This document shows, piece by piece, positions 1 through 11,010 of a DNA stretch of 64,000 bases (its first letter is position 1; each line of letters opens with the position of its first letter). Below the pieces are notes generated by a model. That model did not search any database and was not told where the DNA came from. It saw nothing but the letters and a program-made list of their open reading frames with translations. This DNA comes from an uncultured Phycisphaerales bacterium (lineage in GTDB: Bacteria > Planctomycetota > Phycisphaerae > Tepidisphaerales > Tepidisphaeraceae), in NCBI GenBank assembly GCA_963755915.1, contig CAVWLP010000002.1, forward strand, positions 2,400,001 to 2,464,000. Direction: 5' to 3'. The translations under genes and the position numbers were made by a program.

Positions 1-551
1 ACGACGGCCAGGTCGCTCTTGGGGTCGGCGCCAAGCAGCTTCACGTCGCTGCCGGTGATTCGGCGACCGTCGGCGAGGGTGACTTCCATCGAAGTAGAAT
101 CGCCGGCGACGTGGTTGTTGGTCAGGATGTAGCCGTAGGTTCCATCGGCGTCGACGATTACACCGCTGCCGGTGCCGATTTCCTGCTGGTCCTGATCGCC
201 GTTGTCATCGTTGCCGTTATCGTTGAAATTGAACGGCATATCGCCCATTCCGTGATCTTTGAAGAATTTGCGGAGCTGATCCTCATTCATGCCGTTCATT
301 CCACCGCGCGGCTGCTTGACGGTCTTGTGAACGGTGATCTCGACGACTGAAGGCTCGACGACCTTTCCGACATGCCGGAAGACGGTCGAGAGATCTTCTA
401 CGGTGGAGAGCTGCTGGCGCGTGGCCTGAACGTCGGCCTCGGCGCGGTCGAACTGCACGCGTTCCAGCAGGGGCCTGCCGCCGAAATATCCCGCGGCAAT
501 CGCCGCGAGACTTACCATCGATACTCCAAAACCTGAGCGGAACAATTTCAT
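1..551 (-). CDS. HtrA/DegP-family trypsin-like serine protease (N-terminal part; runs off the window start)
   Basis: Manual translation from ATG at 551 (GGAG RBS upstream): MKLFRSGFGVSMVSLAAIAAGYFGG...GTGSGVIVDADGTYGYILTNNHVAG...LLGADPKSDLAVV. GSGVI, TNNHV and DLAV are DegP motifs. Confidence 0.88.
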   Translation of the reverse strand, partial: MKLFRSGFGVSMVSLAAIAAGYFGGRPLLERVQFDRAEADVQATRQQLSTVEDLSTVFRHVGKVVEPSVVEITVHKTVKQPRGGMNGMNEDQLRKFFKDHGMGDMPFNFNDNGNDDNGDQDQQEIGTGSGVIVDADGTYGYILTNNHVAGDSTSMEVTLADGRRITGSDVKLLGADPKSDLAV

Positions 552-631
552 GGATAACTCCTTTAATTCGCTATTGCCAATGGGTAAGAATACGATCAAA
601 CCCGATTGGCGAAAACTGGGCAACGGCAAAT

Positions 632-1473
632 CTATTTATCGGCCAAACGCTCATAGTTGTGTTCGGCCGCGGGATATTTTCCTTCGGCGACGAGGCGAAC
701 ATACTGCTTGAAAGCGGCGAGCATCGGCGTTGCCAGGTCGCCGAGGCTGGGCGCGAATTTCGGTTTATGCTGCGTGAGGCCAAGCGCGTCGTGGGTCACG
801 AACACAAATCCGTGACAGGCCGGCCCCGCGCCGCAACCAATAACGGGGATGGCCACCTTTTCGACGACCGCGGCGGAAACTTCGGGCGGCACCGCTTCGA
901 GAAGCAGGGCAGCCGCGCCGCGCGCTGGAGGCGGGACGCCAGTTCAACGATACGCTCCGCCTCAGCCGTGGTTCGGCCCTGGGTCTTAAATCCCCCCAGC
1001 AATCCGATGGTTTGGGGCCGGAGGCCAACATGGGCCATAATGGCCACCCCGGCGTCCGCGAGCCTGCGCACCAGCCGCAGATGCCCTTGGGCCGCCTCTA
1101 TTTTCACACAGTCGCATCCGGAAAGTTGCACCATCCTTAACACGTTTTTGACGCCTTGGGCGACCGAAGCCTGGTATGAACCAAACGGCATATCCGCGAT
1201 AACCAGGCATCGCGGCGCCCCCCGGCGGACTGCCGCCGTGAGGTCTCGCATAAAAGACAGCGAAACCGGCAGGGTGGTTGGGTGGCCCAGAATGACGCTG
1301 GCGGCTGAATCACCCACCAGCAGCGCCGGCACCCCAGCCTCCTGCATAAGGCTGGCGGTCGTATAGTCATAGCAGGTTAATATCGGCACTTTCCGGCCTG
1401 CTTCGCGGGCAAGGCGGAGATCGGCCATAGTGAATTTGCGGGGCTTTTCGGTGGATGGCTTATCGCTGGACAT
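632..1473 (-). CDS. panB: 3-methyl-2-oxobutanoate hydroxymethyltransferase (frameshift near 890)
   Basis: LTCYD, LLVGDS, DMPFGSY and VKIE in ORF 796..1473. C-terminal IPVIGCGAG...HDALG lies in ORF 632..892. Confidence 0.93.
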
Positions 1474-1558
1474 ATCACGAAATTATAGTCGGCCACCGAG
1501 GGGTTAACGATAGGGCCAGGAATTACCCGAATTGTTATAATACCGGCTGGAGTACGCA

Positions 1559-2149
1559 ATGTTATTGACCGAACCCCAAGTTCGCCGTTGGAACCTGCGG
1601 GAATATTACCGAATGAGTGAGATCGGCTTCTTCCGGGATCAGCGGGTCGAACTGATCGATGGGGAGGTACTTGAAATGGCCCTCCGGGAAAGTACTCATT
1701 TGGGGAGTGCTCATTTTGCATGTGTCTGCCTGTGCGCTGAATCCATGCGGGCGCTGTTTGGCGCCGGCCATGTGGTGCGGGTTCAAGGTCCGCTGGCGAT
1801 CGACGAGGAGTCGGAGCCTGAGCCTGACGTTGCGATCGTTGGGGGCAATCCGCGGGACTTCGTCGGCAAGCCGCATCCTTCCTCCGCGCTACTGGTTGTC
1901 GAGGTAAGCGATACCAGTTTGGATTTCGATCGGGGCGACAAGGCCAACCTCTATGCGAAGGCAGGGATAGGGGATTATTGGATCGTGAATCTCGTCGATC
2001 GCTGAGTTGAGGTTTATCGCGAAGCCGTCGCGGATAAATCAGCTCGATTTGGGTTCACTTATTCACAGCGCCAGACCTACCGCACAAGCGATACGATCAA
2101 GCCGATGGCTGCACAAGGGAGCATTGCGGTTGCTGAATTGTTGCCCTGA
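1559..2149 (+). pseudogene. Uma2-family (DUF820) PD-(D/E)xK protein with in-frame TGA at 2003-2005
   Basis: RVELIDGEV, SEPEPDVAIV, LVVEVSDTSL, KANLYAKAGI and YWIVNL. The same frame continues after the TGA as VEVYRE...IAVAELLP to TGA 2147-2149. Confidence 0.85.
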
Positions 2150-2218
2150 TCGCTCCACATTTCCATTCCGCCTTTGCTAAAATCCGGTCGATACTTATTT
2201 GGCTGAAAGGAAGCATCT

Positions 2219-3201
2219 TTGGGCTGGCAGGATCGTGATTATTATCGAGGCGGCGGGGCGGGGGATTATCTCAGCAATCCTGCGGCCATCCTGGGTTTGT
2301 CGGTGCCGTTTGGGACGTGGGTGGGGGTTCGGGTTCGCCTGCATTTCTGGCTGCTCGTCTCGGCCGCGATTTGCCTGGCGAGCGTTTTTGACGGCGTGTC
2401 AATCGTCGTCGCGGGGTTTTACCTGCTGCTCCTGCTGGTGGCGCTGATGTTGCACGACTTTGGGCATCGATTGTTTGCGCAATGGGCCGGGGGGCAATTG
2501 GATGAGTTCATGCTTTGGCCCGCAGGGGGGCTGATTTTTCCTTCGATGCCGTCGGGCGCCAGGCCGATGTTCATCGGGCATATCGGCGGGATCGTGGTGA
2601 ACGCTCTGCTGGCGGCGGGGAGCATTGGATTGCTGTGGGTTCATGGATATCGCTATTTTCCGAACTTGAACCCGCTGGCTGCGCTTGGCACGCCGATGAT
2701 TCCCATGGGGCCGATGGAATCGCTCTTTATCGCCGCCTTATTCATTTTGCGCGGATCAATTCGATGCTGGTCATGGTGAACCTTCTGCCCTATTACTGGT
2801 TCGATGGCGGATATCTCTTGCAATCGATTTTCTGGCCGTTTCTGGGTGGAAATTCGGCGCTGAATGTGACCTGTATCATCGGGATGATCCTGGCGGTGCC
2901 GATGTTTGTGCTTGCGCTGGCCTCCGGGTCGCTGCTGGGAATGGTGATGTGGGTCCTGCTCTTCAGCAGCTCTTACAATGCCCGCAGCACGATGCAGGTG
3001 GTTGAAGATTATTCGGCGAGCGAGGGCGTGCCGCGGCACCGGTGGCAGAGTAATCGCAACGCAAACAAAGAAATCGCCCGGCGGCGGCGGGAAGAGGCGA
3101 AGATCGACGCGATCCTCGCAAAGGTCAGTGCACAGGGAATGCACTCGCTGACGTGGTGGGAGAAACGCACCCTGCGCAAAGGTTCACAGCGGAAAACCTG
3201 A
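2219..3201 (+). CDS. Site-2 protease (M50)-like membrane protein with DUF6576-like C-terminus (frameshift near 2750)
   Basis: VRLHFW, HDFGH (HExxH-like), NLLPYYWFDGG and C-terminal IDAILAKVSAQGMHSLT, split across ORFs 2219..2779 and 2515..3201. Confidence 0.72.
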
Positions 3202-3206
3202 AATCA

Positions 3207-4924
3207 ATGCGCGAATTCATTCCCGTCCGTCTTCTGACAATCGCAGCAGCAGCGGTTGTCGTTTCGTTTTCCTGGATCGGATCGGCGTTTTCGGCGCCGG
3301 CGCCGCGGCCTAATGTTGTGCTCATCCTTGCCGATGACATGGGGTTTTCGGATCTGGGATGTTACGGCGGCGAGATTCACACGCCGCACATCGATGGGAT
3401 GGCCCAACAGGGGGTTCGCTTCGCGCAGTTTTACAACATGGCGCGTTGCTGCCCGACGCGGGCTTCGCTGCTGACGGGGCTTTATCCGCACCAGGCGGGA
3501 ATCGGGGCGATGAATCAGGCCATCGACCATAAGCCGGCCTACCAGGGGGAGCTGAATGATAAGTGCGTGACCATTGCCGAAGTTCTTCGAACTGCCGGTT
3601 ATCACACGGCAATGGTGGGGAAGTGGCATTTGTGTCATCTGACGATCGCCCATGTGCCGGAGGCACAGGCCAAGGCGCTGCTCGATTTTCACCTGGACGG
3701 CGCGATCTCCCAATCCATGGCGAATTGGCCGTGCAACCGCGGATTTGAAGAGCACTGGGGCACGATTCCCGGCGTGGAGAGTTATTACGATCCGTACGGG
3801 CTGGTTCACAATGAAACGCCCATCCATCCCGATAGGCCCGATTTTTATTACACGGATTTCATCACCGATCACGCGGTGAAAATGGTTGATGATTATGCGG
3901 CGCAGCCGGCGCCGTTTTTTTTGTATGTGGCGTATACGGCGCCGCACTGGCCGCTGCAGGCGAGGGAGTCGGATATCGAACATTACGCATCGACCTACAG
4001 CGTCGGTTGGGATGCGATTCGACTTGCCAGGTTTCAGCGGCAGATTGCCATGGGTTTGGTGGACAAGGACTGGGGGCTTTCGCCGCGGGCTTCGAATCCG
4101 GCGCTCAATGATGGCGAGAGCCGGGTGGGGCCGTGGAAGGATGCGCCGGCGAAGGCGTGGCAGGCCATGCGGATGGCGGTTTATGCGGCGCAGATTGAAG
4201 ACATGGATCGGGGGGTGGGGAAAATTCTTGATGAGATCTCCGCCCGCGGGATCGAGCAGAATACGCTGGTGATTTTTTTGTCGGATAACGGGGCTTGCCA
4301 GGAGCAGGTGCAGCCGGATTGGTATGACGTGCCGAATGAGATGCGCGATGGGAGGGCGATCGCGGTGGGGAATAAGTCTTCGCAGATGCCGGGGCCGGAG
4401 GATGTGTTTCAGAGCTATGGGCCGGCGTGGGCGAACGCTTCGAATACGCCGTTCAGGAAGTTCAAACATTTCACCGAAGAGGGGGGGATTGCGACGCCGT
4501 TCGTCGTGCGGTGGCCGGCGGCGGTGAAACAGGTTGGGCAGATTGAAACTGGGCAGGTGGGCGATGTGATTGATCTGATGCCCACGGTGCTCGATCTGGC
4601 GGGGGCACAGTATCCGGGAACATTTAAGAACAACGCAATCGTTCCCGAGGAAGGGATCGATTTGGCGCCGGTGATTGAAGGAGGGGCGGCGATTCCGCGC
4701 GGGCGCTGTGCTGGGAGCATGAGGGGAACCGGGCGGTGAGGATTGGGAATTGGAAGCTGGTCGCGCCACATGGGGAGAGGTGGCAGCTCTTCGATATGGT
4801 TAATGATCGGACGGAGCTTCATGATGTTTCGGGGCAGCATCCGGAAATCGTTGCGGAGTTGCATCGGGCTTATGACGCGTGGGTGAAGAGGTGCGGGGTG
4901 GAGGAGTGGCCGATTCCGGATTGA
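3207..4924 (+). CDS. Arylsulfatase, Cys-type, with signal peptide (frameshift near 4705)
   Basis: RPNVVLILADDMG, CCPTRASLLTG (CxPxR) and GKWHL. C-terminal WKLV...QLFD is in ORF 4736..4924. Confidence 0.93.
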
Positions 4925-5003
4925 GGGGGAATCGGAAAGCGCCCGACAAGTGGGGCGGCTACACGGGGAGAATTGGATCGTGGTTTGTGAAGCGTGTGGT
5001 TTG

Positions 5004-6107
5004 ATGAAACGATTTCTGGTGATTTTCTGGTTTTTGTTCGCGGCAAGCGCGAATGCGCAATCAACGCTTCCTTCGTGTTGTGCGGCGTTGCCGCGGCGCG
5101 TTTCGTCGAGTGCTGCGACGATGCCGAGCGGGAAGGATTCGGTTCCGCGTGGTGCGCCGGCGGACATGGTGTGGATTCCCGGCGGTGAGTTTGTCATGGG
5201 GGCGGCGGATTGCGATCAAGATGCGCGGAGTGATGAGCGTCCGACTCACCGCGTCAAACTCGACGGGTTTTGGATCGATCGGACGCTGGTCACGAACGCC
5301 GAGTTTCGTAAGTTTGCCCTGGCGACGGGTTACGTGACGACGGCGGAGCGGGCGCCGGCGCTGGCCGACATCATGAAGCAGTTGCCGGCGGGGTCGGCGG
5401 CGCCCCCGGCGGAGGCGCTGGTGGCGGCTTCGCTGGTGTTTCATCCTACGGAGGGGCCTGTGCCGCTGGATAATCCGGGGCGGTGGTGGTCGTGGACGCC
5501 CGGGGCGAACTGGCGGCATCCTGAGGGGCCGGGGAGCAGCGTTGATGGGCAGGATAATTATCCTGTCGTGCAGGTTTCGTGGGATGATGCTTGTGCGTAT
5601 GCAAAGTGGGCGAAGAAGAGTTTGCCGACGGAGGCGCAGTGGGAATATGCGGCGCGAGGGGGATTGGCGGGGAAGAAATATTTCTGGGGGAATGAGGAGC
5701 CGACGGCAAGCAATCCACGCTGCAATTTCTGGCAGGGGCATTTTCCGGATGTGAATACGGCTGAGGATGGGTATGTGCTTCGAAGTCCGGTGAATGCATT
5801 TGCGCCCAATGGGTATGGGCTCTATGACATGGCCGGGAATGTGTGGGAGTGGTGCGGCGACTGGTATCGGGCTGATTATTATTCGGCGGCGGGTAACGGA
5901 AATAATCCGCAGGGGCCGGCCGAAAGCTTCGATCCCGATGAGCCAACGGCGCCCAAGCGCGTTTTGCGCGGCGGGTCATTTTTGTGCAACGAGGCGTATT
6001 GTTTCAGCTATCGGGTCGCAGCCCGAATGAAAAACTCTCCGGATACGTCCGCGGATCATATTGGATTTCGGTGCGTGACGACTGCAAAGTTGTGGGGAGC
6101 GAAATAG
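5004..6107 (+). CDS. Formylglycine-generating enzyme (SUMF1/FGE) family protein with signal peptide
   Basis: IPGGEFVMG, PVVQVSWDDA, LPTEAQWEYAARGG, NGYGLYDMAGNVWEWC, RGGSFLCNEAYC and IGFRC. Directly downstream of the sulfatase. Confidence 0.93.
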   Translation: MKRFLVIFWFLFAASANAQSTLPSCCAALPRRVSSSAATMPSGKDSVPRGAPADMVWIPGGEFVMGAADCDQDARSDERPTHRVKLDGFWIDRTLVTNAEFRKFALATGYVTTAERAPALADIMKQLPAGSAAPPAEALVAASLVFHPTEGPVPLDNPGRWWSWTPGANWRHPEGPGSSVDGQDNYPVVQVSWDDACAYAKWAKKSLPTEAQWEYAARGGLAGKKYFWGNEEPTASNPRCNFWQGHFPDVNTAEDGYVLRSPVNAFAPNGYGLYDMAGNVWEWCGDWYRADYYSAAGNGNNPQGPAESFDPDEPTAPKRVLRGGSFLCNEAYCFSYRVAARMKNSPDTSADHIGFRCVTTAKLWGAK

Positions 6108-6235
6108 GCAGTGCATGCTTGCCTGTTAACAGGCCCAAACCCTAGCTGTTGATCGAGCCGTCGTTCTTGGTAATTCTGCAACAAACCCTATACGATAAGC
6201 TGTCATTTTTTGTTCACGTTTGAAGGTAGCTCCGC

Positions 6236-6673
6236 ATGGCCAAGAAACAGTCCAATCGGCCGCTGACCCGCTCGGAAATTGCGCGGATACTGGCTGAAGC
6301 TGCCGGGATCACAAAAAAACAGGTGTCGCTTTTTTTCCAAGAGCAAGCGGAATTGGCCTATCGAAACGCAAGAAATACGTTCAGCCTCCCGGGGCTAGGC
6401 AAATTGAAGCTTGTGGATCGGCCGGCCCGCAAGATGATCGCACGCTTTGGCCCCTACGCCGGCCGCGAAATCCACGTACCGAAAAGGCGGGGAGTCCAGT
6501 TTCGCGTTTCCGGGGCCGCCAAGATTGCGATGTTAGGCGGATTGCCGCCGGGTACTGATCGACCTCCGCCGCGACCGAAGTTACTCCCGAGCGAAGAATC
6601 GCATCCGGATGCGCCGAAAAAGAAGAGGGGATCATCTTCCAGCGGCGAATCAGCGTCAGAAGCATCTGCTTAA
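6236..6673 (+). CDS. HU/IHF-family DNA-binding protein with Pro/Lys/Ser-rich tail
   Basis: LTRSEIARILAEAAGITKKQV...FSLPGLGKLKLVDRPARK...GREIHVPKRRGVQFR fits the HU fold pattern. Confidence 0.85.
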   Translation: MAKKQSNRPLTRSEIARILAEAAGITKKQVSLFFQEQAELAYRNARNTFSLPGLGKLKLVDRPARKMIARFGPYAGREIHVPKRRGVQFRVSGAAKIAMLGGLPPGTDRPPPRPKLLPSEESHPDAPKKKRGSSSSGESASEASA

Positions 6674-6724
6674 AAAGAGGATGGGTGAATCGCAGAAAAG
6701 ACCTGTTCAATTGATGGCTTTCCA

Positions 6725-7671
6725 ATGTTTGGTAGCTTAAGCACACTTTTGGATCGCAACTCGGTTCTCGGATTCATCCTTCCGACGCTTTTATTTTTCG
6801 TGAACGCTATTTGGATTATCGACCGGTTTCAGATCAAACAACCTTACTTAACTTTTACCTCCTCCGACTTACTGAAAGACGGGACCGTTCTGGCAGTAGC
6901 GTGTGTTGTGGCATCCGTAATTCTCATGTTATTAAACAATGTGTTCTACCGATTTCTGGAGGGATACCGGGGCGAAGGATTTTACCAAAAGCTCTACAAA
7001 TGGCTCGGTAGTTCCAAGCGGCGTGATTGGCTCGAACCGCAGTCAAGGCGTTATCGTCGCCACAGCGAACGGCTTGCCTCGATCGATGCCAAAGAAGAGA
7101 AGAGCCCCGGAGAGGAAGCCGATGGTCGGCAATTGGCGCATGAACTGGCGTTCGATTTTCCCGGTAAAGATTTGCTTTTGCCGACCCAGCTTGGAAACAC
7201 GATTCGTTCGGCGGAGGACTATCCGTCGAGAATGTATTGCTTCCCCGGCGTGGAGGGATGGGCGAGATTGACGGCTGTGATACCAAAGGATTTCGCCGCG
7301 AACATTGACGGCGAGGCGCGGGCATGGATTTTTGGGTAAACCTGTCGTTTTTGGCGGGATCTTCAGTGGCGGGCTATTTTGCGCTTGTGGCAATTGCGGG
7401 TCGATATTCGGTTGTGTGGTACCCGTTTGTTGCCGCCGCGGTCGCCCACATCGCCTACCGGATGGCCTGCAAGCAGGCCCGAACCTGGGGGATATGGCTT
7501 CGATCAGCATATGACCTGTATTTAGGTGACCTGGCGAAGCAGATGGGCTTCGCCTATCCGAAAGAGATCCGCGATCAGCGCGCGTTGTGGAGTAAATGGT
7601 GGCAGGCGGCCTATTACGTTAATTCAGATACGCTTGCAGAACTGGACTATTTCCGCGTCGCCGGGAAATGA
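6725..7671 (+). CDS. Hypothetical membrane protein (frameshift near 7330)
   Basis: Consecutive ORFs 6725..7339 and 7324..7671 with hydrophobic segments and a LLPTQLGNTIRSAEDYP motif. Visibly lower GC than its neighbours. Confidence 0.6.
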
Positions 7672-7692
7672 GGATTTGTTTTTGAGCAAATC

Positions 7693-8907
7693 CTATTTCG
7701 GTCCAAGCGTGACGACCGTCATCGGCTCAAAGGGGAAATCGCGCATCAGAGCCCGCAGCGAATCGGGCGTAATGCTTAGGAGCGTTTTCATGTCCATTTC
7801 CAGGGAGCGATAATCTTTGTTGTAGAGCCAGTTGCCGGCGAGGGCGCGGAGGCGGCCCATGGGGACTTCGCCTTCTAACACGATGCCGCTGGCGATTTTG
7901 TTTTTGGCTCGGTCGACTTCGGCATCCGTGAGATCGGTTTTGATCCGCTGGAGCTCGGCTTTGGCGATCTTCAGGGCTTCGGCGCTGCGGTCGGGGTTGG
8001 TGGTTAGGGAGATGTAGAAGCTGCCGAAGCCGTCGTGGGGGTAGAAGCCGAAGTCGGCGTCGTCGGCGATGGCGTTGTCGACGAGTGCCCAGTAGAAGCG
8101 GCTGCCTTCGGCTTCGCCGATGACATCCGCGAGGACTCTGGCGGCGAAGCGGCGCTCGTCCTGGGCGCTGGGGCCGGGGGTGAGGGCCATGGTGTAGCGG
8201 CGATTGAGCTTGGAGTCGGTGACGGATTTCTTTTGGGATTTGATTTTGGGGGCGCGCTGGTTGCGCGGGGCGGATGCTGCGGGCCAGTGGCCGCAGTATT
8301 TTTTGGCGAGGGAGACGATTGTCTGGAAATCGAGTTTTCCGGCGGCGGCGAGGATAGTGTTGCCGGGGCCGTAGCGGCGGTGGAAATAGTCTTCCATTTG
8401 TTTTCGCTTCAGGTGGCCGACGGATTCGGCGGAGCCGAGGACGCTTCGGCTGAGGGGGTGGCCGGCGAAATGGGTTTCCATGAGGGTTTCGTAGATGCGG
8501 TGGCCGGGGTCGTCGAGGTACATGGCGATCTCTTCGAGGATGACCTTTTTTTCGGTGTCGAAATCGGTTTGGCGGATGGCGGGGCGCATGAGTTGGGAGA
8601 GGTGCTGGATGGTGCGCTCGGTGAATTCGGGGAGGACGTTGGCGAAATAGGCGGTGTTTTCCTGGCTGGTGTAGGCGTTGTAGTTGGCGCCCATCTCGTC
8701 GAAGATGCGGTTGACGTCTTCCCAGGAGTATTTTTCGGAGCCTTTGAACATCATGTGCTCGAGGAAGTGGGAGACGCCGTTGATGGAGGGGGATTCGTCG
8801 CGGCTGCCGGTGTTGACGTAAAAGCCGGCGGCGAAGGAGTGGGCGTCGGGGTTGGACTCGGCGATGATTTGAAGGCCGTTGGGGAGGGTGGCGGAATGGA
8901 ATTTCAT
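7693..8907 (-). CDS. M16 (pitrilysin/insulinase) family zinc peptidase, catalytic subunit
   Basis: GSRDE, HFLEHMMFKG (HxxEH), NAYTS and EKKVILEE. Confidence 0.93.
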   Translation of the reverse strand: MKFHSATLPNGLQIIAESNPDAHSFAAGFYVNTGSRDESPSINGVSHFLEHMMFKGSEKYSWEDVNRIFDEMGANYNAYTSQENTAYFANVLPEFTERTIQHLSQLMRPAIRQTDFDTEKKVILEEIAMYLDDPGHRIYETLMETHFAGHPLSRSVLGSAESVGHLKRKQMEDYFHRRYGPGNTILAAAGKLDFQTIVSLAKKYCGHWPAASAPRNQRAPKIKSQKKSVTDSKLNRRYTMALTPGPSAQDERRFAARVLADVIGEAEGSRFYWALVDNAIADDADFGFYPHDGFGSFYISLTTNPDRSAEALKIAKAELQRIKTDLTDAEVDRAKNKIASGIVLEGEVPMGRLRALAGNWLYNKDYRSLEMDMKTLLSITPDSLRALMRDFPFEPMTVVTLGPK

Positions 8908-9205
8908 GCGGCCTCGATAGTTTTGGGAATCGCTTCAATGATAAGTGGCTGAATGCTGGGAGGCCTAGTTGAGTTCGGAGAACTATCGGCCAGCTTTTTT
9001 AAAGGCAAATGCAATGCAGGAGGGGCGGGGACAAACCATGCGAGGAGAGTCGCAAAGGGGCCCCAAAAGTTTTTTCCCCGCCCCTCCCGCACCCTCCCCA
9101 CCCCTTTTCCTTTTCCCCTCAACACTGGGGGGGAATACGAATGGGGGGCCGACTCGTGGTCGCGGCTGGCCATGGCGTGCTGGCGAAAATCATGTCGTTG
9201 GGTGG

Positions 9206-10445
9206 TCATTGGGTTTTGTGATCTTTGAGGGGTTTGGGGCCCACCGTTACGATGGTGAAGGGGCCGGGGTTGTGGGAGCGGAGCCAGGCGTTGGCGCGGT
9301 CGAGGGTGATGGCGTCGATTTCGCGGTCGATCTCGTCGAGGGTGCGGAGTCGGCCGCGGGTGAACCAGTCGTGTGCGATGGCGCCGCAGCGGGCGGAGGT
9401 GGCTTCGCCCTGGAGGATGGTGCCGGCTTTGAGGCCGATCTTGGCGCGGTCTAGTTCGGGCTGGGTGATGCCGGCCTGGAGGCGGTGGATTTCGGAGAGG
9501 ATGCAGTCGAGGGTGGCCTGGGCGCGGTCGTTGCTGGAGCCGGCGTAGATGAGGATGGCGCCGAGGGGATTGATCCCGGTGTAGCCGGCCCAGACGCTGT
9601 AGCAGAGGGCGCGTTTTTCGCGGACTTCGGTGAAGAGTCGGCTGCTCATGCCGCCGCCGAAGGCTTCCATGATGGCGCGGAGGACGTAGTAGTTGGGATC
9701 GGTTTCGGGGGGAGCGTTGTAGGCGATGCCGATGTGGGTCTGCTCGCTTTTTTGTTTCAGGTGATGGCTGCGATGGGTGGGGGGGATGAGATTGAACTTC
9801 TCGGTTGCGGCGGGGGAGAGATTGCCGAAATGTCTGGCGGTTTCGTCCTTGATGCGGGCGAAGTCGATGTTGCCGGCGAAGGCGATGATCGCGCCGCGGG
9901 AGTGGAAGAGCCGCTTCCAGTGGTCCTGGCAGGACTGGAGGGTGAGTTTTTTCAGGTCGGCGGCGCGGCCCATGGGGTTTCTGCCGAGGGGGTCGGGGAG
10001 GAATTGCTTGCGGAGCTCGACGAGCAATTTTTGGCGTGGGTCGTCTTCCAGGCCTTTGAGGGATTGGAGGGCGAGCTCGCGCGGGCTTGAAGTCTTTGGC
10101 CGGGAGGCGGGGGCGGAGGACGATGTCGGAATAGGCGGCGAGGGATTCCATGACGCGGTCGGCGACGGCGGCGCAGGAGAAGCGGGTGTGGTGGGTGCTG
10201 ACGCTGGCGGCGCGCTGGAGGCCGAGGCTGTCGAGATAGTCGGTGAGCTGTCGGCTGTCGCGGTTGCCGGCGCCGCGGAGGACGAGCTCGGAGAGGACGG
10301 TGGCGGAGCCGGAGAGGTTGGGGGGATCATAGGCGGAGCCGGCGGGGAGCATTAGGGTCATGGCGGCGGATTGGACGGCGGACATTTTTTCGCCGAGGAG
10401 GGTGAGGCCGCTGGGGAAGGTGTGTTGGAAGAAGTCTTGCGGCAA
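9206..10445 (-). CDS. M16-family peptidase partner subunit lacking HxxEH (frameshift near 10085)
   Basis: N-terminal PSGLTLL...AGSAYDP in ORF 8904..10445. C-terminal GGGMSSRLFTEVREKRALCYSV in ORF 9206..10330. Adjacent to the catalytic M16 gene. Confidence 0.85.
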
Positions 10446-11010
10446 GGATGGGCTCCCTTTGTGATAGGCGGGGGATTATAGGGATATGGGGGTGCGGGGG
10501 AAGCGGGGGCTTCGGGAGAGTAGTTAGGCTGCCAGAATATCTCACTTTTTCCCAAAATTGGGGAAATGTGGTTTGGGATTGACGATCGGACTGCGAGAAT
10601 TCCCCACGGCGGCGCCGTGGGCGTTCCCAGATCAATATGGATTCGTTGGACAGGGTTGACCTCGCGGCTCGGAGACTTCGCGAAATTTCCCCATTTCCGT
10701 GGATGTTGGGGAAATGTCCGAAGATGTCCGGTTTTGCCCGGGATTTATCGGTGAGATTTCTCCCGGGCGTGGGGATTTGAGATTTGAGATTTCAGATTTG
10801 AGAGGGGTGGACATAGAGACTCCGAGAAAAAACATTGCAGCTCTATATACAGGTCCAAGAGGTGTACGTTTTGTACCTATTTTTGAAAAATCCTCGGATT
10901 TTTAGGGGTGGGATTGTTGAGAATGCAAAGAATTTGATAGGCGAAGAAAGCGCACCCCTGGATGAGTTGGCGCTGCGCTTTGGGGGGTTGCGGCTAAACA
11001 ATTGAGGGGA

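Noticed and set aside
2003-2005. Selenocysteine or recoded TGA
   Set aside because: The position is not a catalytic Cys, TGA is used as a normal stop throughout the window, and I see no convincing SECIS.
3204-4769. Long antisense and alternative-frame ORFs (also 7727..8938, 12748..13914, 15305..16678, 21411..22829, 62799..63971)
   Set aside because: They are Arg/Pro/His-rich shadows of well-supported genes in high-GC DNA.
10566-10905. Short ORFs between the M16 gene and DUF1015
   Set aside because: They are made of heptamer and other repeats with no recognisable coding signal.
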